Shown here: positions 32,136 to 37,970 of the stretch, piece by piece
Layout: each line of letters begins with the position of its first letter
Position numbering within the stretch: position 1 is the first letter of the stretch
NCBI GenBank assembly: GCA_024636135.1
Contig: JAGXHP010000144.1
Coordinates: 1-37,970 of the forward strand
Source of the DNA: Chloroflexota bacterium
Lineage (GTDB): Bacteria > Chloroflexota > Limnocylindria > QHBO01
Length of the DNA: 37,970 bases
Direction of reading: 5' to 3'
The notes under the pieces: model-generated
The model's input: only the letters and a program-made list of their open reading frames with translations
Told to the model about the DNA's origin: nothing
Database searches by the model: none
Translations under genes and position numbers: made by a program

Positions 32136-32873
32136 ATGACATCCCTTCTGCGCCGCCGGGCGCGCACCGATTCAGCCGAGGCGTCGGTCATCCGCATGGT
32201 CGATGTCGGCATGACCTACCCGAACGGCAAGGTCGCCCTGGCCGACGTCAGCGTCGAGATCCCGGCGGGCGACTTCGTGTTCCTGGTCGGGCCGTCGGGG
32301 GCCGGCAAGAGCACGTTCATCCGGCTCCTCATCCGCGAGCAGATTCCGACCGCCGGCAGCGTGCGGGTCGCCGGGCGCGAGCTCGTTCGCATGCGGCGAC
32401 GCCACGTCCCGGGGCTGCGCCGCCGGATCGGCATCGTGTTCCAGGACTTCCGGCTTCTGCCGAACAAGACGGTGTGGGAGAACGTCGCCTTCGCGCTCGA
32501 CGTGACCGGCGCGCCCGGGACGTTGGTCCGACAGCGCGTCCCGCAGCTGCTCAGCCTGGTCGGGCTCCAGGATCACGCCCACCACCTGCCGACCCAGCTG
32601 TCCGGCGGAGAACAGCAGCGCACGGCGATCGGGCGGGCCCTGGTCCACGATCCGGCCATCCTCATCGCCGATGAGCCGACGGGCAACCTCGACCCCGTCA
32701 CCAGCTGGGAGATCATCCAGCTCCTGATCCAGATCAACCAGCTCGGCACCACGGTCCTCATGGCGACCCACAACCAGGAGATCGTGAACGCCATGCGCCG
32801 CCGGGTGCTGGCCCTCGAGGGCGGGCACCTCGTGCGCGACGAGGCGGCCGCGGCCTACGAGCGGGAGTACTGA
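32136..32873 (+). CDS. ftsE: Cell division ATP-binding protein FtsE
   Basis: [51 protein letters not shown]. Confidence 0.95.
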   Translation: MTSLLRRRARTDSAEASVIRMVDVGMTYPNGKVALADVSVEIPAGDFVFLVGPSGAGKSTFIRLLIREQIPTAGSVRVAGRELVRMRRRHVPGLRRRIGIVFQDFRLLPNKTVWENVAFALDVTGAPGTLVRQRVPQLLSLVGLQDHAHHLPTQLSGGEQQRTAIGRALVHDPAILIADEPTGNLDPVTSWEIIQLLIQINQLGTTVLMATHNQEIVNAMRRRVLALEGGHLVRDEAAAAYEREY

Positions 32874-32877
32874 GCCG

Positions 32878-33771
32878 ATGCCCTTCGCGCGCTTCATCGG
32901 CTTCAGCATCGTCCGCGCCTGGCAGGGCTTCTGGCGCAACGCGATGATGAGCCTGGCCGCCACCGCCACCGTCATCCTGATGCTCGTCCTCCTGTCGGGG
33001 CTGTTCATTGTCATCGCCGGGCTCAACTCCGGCCTCGAGTTCATCGAGAGCAAGGTGGCCGTCACCGCCCAGCTGGTCGACGACCTGCCGGTCGCCGACC
33101 GGATGCAGCTCGTCTCCGAGGTCGAGGCCTTTCCGCAGGTGGCCTCGGTGGCCTACGTCTCACCGGCCGAGGCCATGGAGCGGCTCCGCGCCTCGTATCG
33201 CGAGGCGGGGCAGGAGCTCGACACGGGCGGCGCCACGATCCGGCTGTTCGCCAGCCTGGAGATCAACCTCGTCGACCCGAATGCGGCCGGGGACGTGGGC
33301 GAGTTCCTGGCCTCCCACGACGACGTGGCGCGCGTTCTGACCAAGCAGGCCGAGTACGACACGCTGCTCGGCATCATCAACGTCATCCGGACGGTCGGCC
33401 TGGTCGGCATCGGCCTCGTGGGGCTGACCGTGCTGTTCATGATCATCAACACGATCCGGATCGCGGTCTACAGCCGGGCAGGCGAGATCGAGATCATGCG
33501 GCTGGTCGGCGCATCGGACTCGTTCATCCGCTGGCCGTTCATCCTCGAGGGCGTGCTGTGCGGACTGATCGGCGCGCTCGTGACGATCGTCCTGGTGGCG
33601 ATCGTGTGGGACCCGATCCAGCCGGCGATGGTGACGATCTTCCAGATGCCGACCGCCGTCAGCGCCCGCTTCCTCACCACGCTGTCGATGATCCTGCTCG
33701 GCGCCGGCCTGGGCGTCGGGGCGCTCGGCTCCTGGATCAGCGTGCGGTCCTACCTCTCCGCCGCCCGATGA
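32878..33771 (+). CDS. ftsX: Cell division permease FtsX
   Basis: WRNAMMSLA, INTIRIAVYSRAGEIEIMRLVGASDSFIRWPFILEG, four helices. Confidence 0.95.
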   Translation: MPFARFIGFSIVRAWQGFWRNAMMSLAATATVILMLVLLSGLFIVIAGLNSGLEFIESKVAVTAQLVDDLPVADRMQLVSEVEAFPQVASVAYVSPAEAMERLRASYREAGQELDTGGATIRLFASLEINLVDPNAAGDVGEFLASHDDVARVLTKQAEYDTLLGIINVIRTVGLVGIGLVGLTVLFMIINTIRIAVYSRAGEIEIMRLVGASDSFIRWPFILEGVLCGLIGALVTIVLVAIVWDPIQPAMVTIFQMPTAVSARFLTTLSMILLGAGLGVGALGSWISVRSYLSAAR

Positions 33772-33852
33772 CCCACGGCTCTCGGTGCATAAGGAAACGT
33801 AACCTGCCCGCGATCTCGCCCAACGGGGAGCGACGCTAGACTTCACGCCCCG

Positions 33853-35211
33853 ATGAACGAGCACGTGCCCCCAGCCCCCGCCCCGCGGCGGGGCGGATCG
33901 ATTCCCTGGATCATCTCCATCGCCCTGGCGGCGGTGGTCGGTGCCCTGCTGTTCGCCGGCGGGTTTCTCGCGGGCGGCGGCTCCGAAGCCGGTGGTTGTG
34001 CGGCCCCCGACGATGCCTTCGCCGCGTTCTGCGAGGCCTACGATCAGCTCCAGAACGACTATGTCGATGAGCTCGACCCCGACGCGCTCGTCGAGGGCGC
34101 GATCCGCGGCATGTTCCAGTACGGCGTCGCCGATCCGTACTCCGGCTACATGCCCCCGGAGCAGTATCGCCAGGCGCTCGGCGACCTTTCCGGCGCCTTC
34201 AGCGGCATCGGGGCCGAGATGGCGATCCGCAACACCCGGGATGCCGCGGACCTTGCCGCGTGTACCGAGCTGAGCGACGTCTGCCGCCTGATCGTCGTCG
34301 CGCCGTTGTCGGACTCGCCGGCCGAGCGGGCCGGGCTCCAGACGGGCGACTTCGTCGTGGCCGTGGATGGGACGTCGGTCAACGGCACGACCATGGAGGA
34401 CCAGATCGGCCAGATCCGCGGGGAATCGGGCACCGACGTCACGCTGACGGTCCTGCGCGATGACGGCGAGCCATTCGACATCACGATCACGCGCGCCGAG
34501 ATCACGATCCAGGAGGTCGAAGCACGGATGATCGACGGGCACATCGGCTACATCGGCCTCAACCAGTTCTCGGCGCCGGCCGCCGACCAGTTCCGTGATG
34601 CGCTCGCCGACCTGATCGACGAGGGCGCCGACCAGGTCGTGTTCGACCTCCGCGACAACCCCGGCGGCTACATCGATGCGGCGCAGCAGATCGCCAGCCA
34701 GTTCGTCGACGACGGGCTGATCTTCACGCAGGAGTCGGCCGGCGACGACGTCCGCGAGTGGCCGGCAACCGGCGACGGCGTGGCAACTGATCGCGAGATT
34801 CCGGTCGTGGTGCTCATCAACGGCGGGTCTGCCTCGGCATCCGAGATCGTCGCGGCGGCGCTCCAGGAGAGCGGACGCGCGACCCTCATCGGCGAGCCAT
34901 CATTCGGAAAGAACACGGTACAGGTCTGGAGCCGGCTCGAGAACGAGGGCGGGGTCCGCATCACGATCAGCCGATGGTTCACGCCGCAGCACAACAGCGT
35001 TGCGCCCGACGGGATCCAGCCCGACGTCGACGCGGCACGCACCGCGGAGACGCCGCCGGAGGAGGATCCGGTCCTCGACGCCGCCATCGCCTTCCTCGGC
35101 GATCAATCCGTGGCCGACGATCCCTTGACGCCGAAGCCGTCCGGTTCGCCATCCGCGGGGCTTCCGGGAGCGGTCGTCGTGGGCGTTGTGGGCGCTCGAC
35201 CCATCTGCTAG
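33853..35211 (+). CDS. ctpA: S41A C-terminal processing peptidase with PDZ domain
   Basis: N-terminal membrane helix, DPYSGY, FSGIGA, SPAERAGL, DLRDNPGG, SASASEI (catalytic Ser), FGKNTVQ (catalytic Lys). Confidence 0.93.
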   Translation: MNEHVPPAPAPRRGGSIPWIISIALAAVVGALLFAGGFLAGGGSEAGGCAAPDDAFAAFCEAYDQLQNDYVDELDPDALVEGAIRGMFQYGVADPYSGYMPPEQYRQALGDLSGAFSGIGAEMAIRNTRDAADLAACTELSDVCRLIVVAPLSDSPAERAGLQTGDFVVAVDGTSVNGTTMEDQIGQIRGESGTDVTLTVLRDDGEPFDITITRAEITIQEVEARMIDGHIGYIGLNQFSAPAADQFRDALADLIDEGADQVVFDLRDNPGGYIDAAQQIASQFVDDGLIFTQESAGDDVREWPATGDGVATDREIPVVVLINGGSASASEIVAAALQESGRATLIGEPSFGKNTVQVWSRLENEGGVRITISRWFTPQHNSVAPDGIQPDVDAARTAETPPEEDPVLDAAIAFLGDQSVADDPLTPKPSGSPSAGLPGAVVVGVVGARPIC

Positions 35212-35214
35212 CAT
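35206..35214 (+). promoter_or_regulatory. Extended -10 (TGcTAGCAT) overlapping the ctpA stop codon
   Basis: Same TGn-TANNAT layout as the tmRNA promoter (TGcTAGAAT). Confidence 0.55.
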
Positions 35215-35244
35215 CGCCGGCAACGAAAGGAGGTGGTGTTGCTG

Positions 35245-35286
35245 ATGGATAGTTCCAAGCACGCCACCACCGAGGCAGTGGCCTAA
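35245..35286 (+). CDS. Micro-ORF MDSSKHATTEAVA (in-frame TTG at 35239 would add 2 aa)
   Basis: Perfect SD AAAGGAGGTG at 35226-35235, in-frame run GTG TTG CTG ATG, TAA stop, hairpin downstream. Confidence 0.55.
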   Translation: MDSSKHATTEAVA

Positions 35287-35310
35287 CACAGCTTCGCGTG
35301 GTGTAGCGAC

Positions 35311-35343
35311 GGAGGAGCCGGCCGAATGCGGCCGGCTCTCTCC
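35311..35343 (+). terminator. Strong hairpin upstream of smpB
   Basis: GGAG-GAGCCGGCCG-AATG-CGGCCGGCTC-T-CTCC: perfect 10-bp stem with a 4-bp extension; no long U-tract. Confidence 0.6.
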
Positions 35344-35384
35344 ATGTCCGCCCCGATCGAACCCGCACGCTGAGCCCAGGACCG

Positions 35385-35849
35385 ATGCCCGACGAGACGA
35401 TCGCCGTCAACCGACGCGCCCGCCATGACTACACCATCGAGGACACCCTCGAGGCTGGCCTCGTGCTGACCGGGACCGAGATCAAGAGCATCCGCGAGCA
35501 CAAGGTGAACATCGCCGAGGCCTATGCCAGGGTCGACAAGGGCGAGGCCTGGCTGATCGGCGCCCACATCGCGGAGTACTCGCAGGGCAACCGCAACAAC
35601 CACGCTCCGACGCGCACGCGCAAGCTGCTGCTGCATCGCGACCAGATCGCCGAGCTCACCGGGCTGCAGTCGGCAAAGGGACTCACGATCGTCCCGCTGC
35701 GGCTCTACATCAGCCGCGGACGGGCGAAGCTCGAGCTCGGGATCGCCAAGGGCAAGAAGACCCACGACAAGCGCCGATCCATCGCCGAGCGCGACATGCG
35801 CCGCGAGCTCGATCGCGAGTCGAAGCAGGCCGGGCGCATCAAGCTCTAG
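35385..35849 (+). CDS. smpB: SsrA-binding protein SmpB
   Basis: NRRARHDYTIEDTLEAGLVLTGTEIKSIR, RTRKLLLH, GLTIVPLRLY, GKKTHDKR. Confidence 0.98.
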   Translation: MPDETIAVNRRARHDYTIEDTLEAGLVLTGTEIKSIREHKVNIAEAYARVDKGEAWLIGAHIAEYSQGNRNNHAPTRTRKLLLHRDQIAELTGLQSAKGLTIVPLRLYISRGRAKLELGIAKGKKTHDKRRSIAERDMRRELDRESKQAGRIKL

Positions 35850-35913
35850 GTCCTGGCGGGTCGCTTCGTCGATCGCTTGCACCCGTGGACGCACCCACGT
35901 CCCCTGCAGCTCT

Positions 35914-35927
35914 AGAACAGGTGTTCT
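35914..35927. promoter_or_regulatory. Putative LexA (SOS) box AGAAC-AGGT-GTTCT
   Basis: Matches GAAC-N4-GTTC, the operator type of Firmicutes, Actinobacteria and Chloroflexi; overlaps the predicted ssrA -35. Confidence 0.65.
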
Positions 35928-35952
35928 CATCGGCGCGTCGGTCTGCTAGAAT
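35924..35952 (+). promoter_or_regulatory. ssrA promoter
   Basis: TTCTCA, 17 nt, TAGAAT with a TG extension, 20 nt upstream of the mature tmRNA 5' end. Confidence 0.7.
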
Positions 35953-35972
35953 GGGCAGTCCAATCGGCTCGT

Positions 35973-36335
35973 GGGGATGTCAGGATTCGACAGTGCCCAG
36001 GAACCGAGAATCGCAGGTCGAGGTTGCTCGCAGGCCTCGTTAAACAGCGGGCAATTGCTGTAACTGGCAACGATAGTTACGCCTTCGCTGCTTAGGCAGT
36101 GAACATCGACGCCGTCCCCCCTCCCCGGGCGGCGAAGATGTCATTAGGGGAGGTGCGGCGTCGCCGACTCCGGTGAGTGGCGTCAAAGAGCCGAAAGGCA
36201 TCACCGGATAGCAGGCGAAGCACCCCGCCGGTCGGGGGCCCGCATTGCGAAGCGCAAGTTGGCCGGAAATACCTGTAGGAAGTTCTCGGCGACTGTGTTC
36301 TGGACGGGGAGTTCGATTCTCCCCCATCTCCACCA
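35973..36335 (+). ncRNA. ssrA: tmRNA, tag (A)GNDSYAFAA
   Basis: 5' GGGGATG..GGATTCGAC pairs with 3' CATCTCC-ACCA (G3-U), TTCGATT T-loop, resume context TAACT-GGC, tag ORF 36066-36095 ending GCT GCT TAG; next to smpB. Confidence 0.97.
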
Positions 36336-36467
36336 CTTCACCCTCGGCGGCCGCTCCGCGCCGGACTCGGCGCTGCGTCAAGCGGACCCGAGCGAGTTGA
36401 CCCGCTGTGCTACGGTCCGTCGCGGGTCGGGGGGCCCTTTTGGTCGACATGGAGGGTGTTGGATCGG

Positions 36468-37040
36468 ATGGACTTCTCGAAATTGAGCCAGACCGAAAAA
36501 CTGGCCGTCTACGGATCCGCGGCGGTCATCATCGGCGGTCTGGTGGGATACAGCTACGGACTCACCGTGCTCGCTGTGCTCGCCGCAGTCGCGATGCTCG
36601 TCATCGTCCTGCTGCCGCAGCTGTCGCCGGGCACCACCTTGCCGGGCTCCCGAGGCAGCCTGATGGTCGCCGCCGGTGGCGTGGCCGGCGTGACGATGCT
36701 GCTGGCCCTGCTCGTCGGCATCGGGCTGGTGTTCGTCAACTTCAACGTTCGCGACCTGTTCTTCCTGATCGCCGTGGTGGGCGCCGCCGTGATGGCGTGG
36801 GCTGGCTGGCAAGAGTTCCAGGCCGAGGGCGGCAAGTTCAAGGTCGGAACCTCATCGGCCTCCGAGCGGCCGGCCGCGTCCCCAGCTCCCGCGGCTACCG
36901 CAGCCGAGCCGGTAGCGGCCGAGCCGGTTGCGAGCGAGCCGGTCGCCTCCGAGCCGGTCGCGGCCGAGCCGGTAGCCGCCGAGCCCGCTGCCGCCGAGCC
37001 GGCGGCCGAGCCCACGGACGACGATCGCCCGGTCGGCTAG
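36468..37040 (+). CDS. Membrane protein with an acidic Pro/Ala repeat tail
   Basis: MDFSKLSQTEKL then about four hydrophobic helices and AWAGWQEFQAEGG; GGAGG SD. Confidence 0.8.
   Translation: MDFSKLSQTEKLAVYGSAAVIIGGLVGYSYGLTVLAVLAAVAMLVIVLLPQLSPGTTLPGSRGSLMVAAGGVAGVTMLLALLVGIGLVFVNFNVRDLFFLIAVVGAAVMAWAGWQEFQAEGGKFKVGTSSASERPAASPAPAATAAEPVAAEPVASEPVASEPVAAEPVAAEPAAAEPAAEPTDDDRPVG
36903..37013 (+). repeat. 15-bp coding tandem repeat, about 7 copies (EPVAA/EPVAS)
   Basis: GAGCCS recurs at 36906, 36921, 36936, 36951, 36966, 36981 and 36996 with synonymous variation. Confidence 0.9.
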
Positions 37041-37044
37041 AGGA

Positions 37045-37470
37045 TCAGTCCTCGGCCAGCAGCTCTCCGACGCGGCCGCGAATCATCGCGGTCGCGTCAC
37101 GTCCTTCCCCCAGCGCGCGCCCGATGCGCGTGATCGTCACGTCCGCGGCAAGACCGTCATCGACGGCATCCACCGCCTCGGCAAGGAGGCGTCGGCGGGC
37201 TGCGTCCGTCTCGTGCTCGGCGACATGGCGGACGAGTGAGCCGATGTCACCCAGCGTCGCGGCCAGCTCCTCTGGCGGCGGTTCGAGCGCCTCCTCGAAA
37301 TAGAGAATCGCAAGCGCCAGTAACTCACCCGCACCGGCGTCCGAGCGGACCCCGGTGCGCTCATCGACTCCGATGACGAGGGCGTACCCGTCGTCCAGCG
37401 TCGGCGCGAACCCCACCCACGGGCCGTCGGGCTCCAGGCGCCCGACGGCGCACGCTGCGCCTTCCATCAC
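37045..37470 (-). CDS. Hypothetical protein
   Basis: 141-aa ORF filling the gap downstream of jag, GGAG SD, protein-like composition; no family recognised. Confidence 0.65.
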   Translation of the reverse strand: MMEGAACAVGRLEPDGPWVGFAPTLDDGYALVIGVDERTGVRSDAGAGELLALAILYFEEALEPPPEELAATLGDIGSLVRHVAEHETDAARRRLLAEAVDAVDDGLAADVTITRIGRALGEGRDATAMIRGRVGELLAED

Positions 37471-37490
37471 CCGCTCCCGGGTGAGCCGCC

Positions 37491-37970
37491 CTACTCCTTG
37501 ACCTGGTTCGCCGGGAGAACGACGATCCGCCGGTTCGGCTCCACGCCGACGCTCTGGGTCCGGATCCTCGGATTCTCGAGCAGCGCCATGTGAACCACGC
37601 GGCGCTCGATGGCGGGCATCGCCTCGAGCTGAATGATCTTGCCGCTCTGGATGACGCGCTTGGCGGCCCGGTCGGCGACGTCGCGCAGCTGCTGCTCGCG
37701 GCGACCCCGATAGTTCTCGACATCGATGGCGATTCGGTGGTGCTGGCCCTCGCGTCGACCCACGATGAGGTTCACGATGTGCTGAAGGCTCGCGAGCTTC
37801 TCGCCTCGGCGGCCGATGAGCGCCCCGAGATCATCGCCCTTGACGTTGAGACGAGCGGTGTCGCCACCGCTGGCAATCTCGACGGTTCCCGACAGCTCCA
37901 TGAGGCCGAGCATCTCGGTCAGCACGGTCTGCGCCGTCTCCAGCGTCGAGCGCTCCTCCTCGCTGAGCTC
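37491..37970 (-). CDS. jag: Jag/KhpB/EloR RNA-binding protein (3' part; start is outside the window)
   Basis: KH motif LIGRRGEKLASLQ, IDVENYRGRRE, R3H motif ERRVVHMAL, SVGVEPNRRIVV. Confidence 0.93.
   Translation of the reverse strand, partial: ELSEEERSTLETAQTVLTEMLGLMELSGTVEIASGGDTARLNVKGDDLGALIGRRGEKLASLQHIVNLIVGRREGQHHRIAIDVENYRGRREQQLRDVADRAAKRVIQSGKIIQLEAMPAIERRVVHMALLENPRIRTQSVGVEPNRRIVVLPANQVKE

Noticed and set aside
36903-37013. CRISPR array
   Set aside because: 15-bp head-to-tail coding units with no spacers and no cas genes.
36336-37490. Genomic island integrated at the tmRNA 3' end
   Set aside because: No integrase, no duplicated tmRNA 3' end and no compositional shift before jag.

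Overview
High-GC bacterial core-genome window, probably from a Chloroflexota lineage (inferred from gene content and promoter style, not tested). No mobile element, prophage, CRISPR array or rRNA is visible. Minus strand, read right to left from 16.65 kb: mreD-mrdA-rodA (no mreB/mreC), a TIGR03936-type protein without its radical SAM partner, rplU-rpmA-rpmE, DUF1385-prfA-prmC-sua5-rpiB, a two-subunit aconitase X, glyA and the atp operon (two atpZ-like genes, atpBEFH, partial atpA). Plus strand, after a divergent spacer holding a DnaA box and two parS sites: parA-parB-gyrB-(two small genes)-gyrA, prs, an LLM/F420-type oxidoreductase, secA, small genes, frameshifted prfB, ftsE-ftsX-ctpA, smpB and tmRNA. 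A partial jag/khpB ends the window. Best leads: (1) a ~125-nt unit between ctpA and smpB with its own promoter, a perfect SD, a 13-aa ORF ending like an SsrA tag and a closing hairpin; (2) a 99-aa protein with two CxxxCxxC motifs whose 3' end contains the prfB start; (3) a LexA-type box over the tmRNA promoter -35; (4) gyrase substitutions across the quinolone pocket of both subunits; (5) many leaderless genes, CTG/ATC starts and unannotated small ORFs. All family calls come from motif recognition by eye, with no database search.
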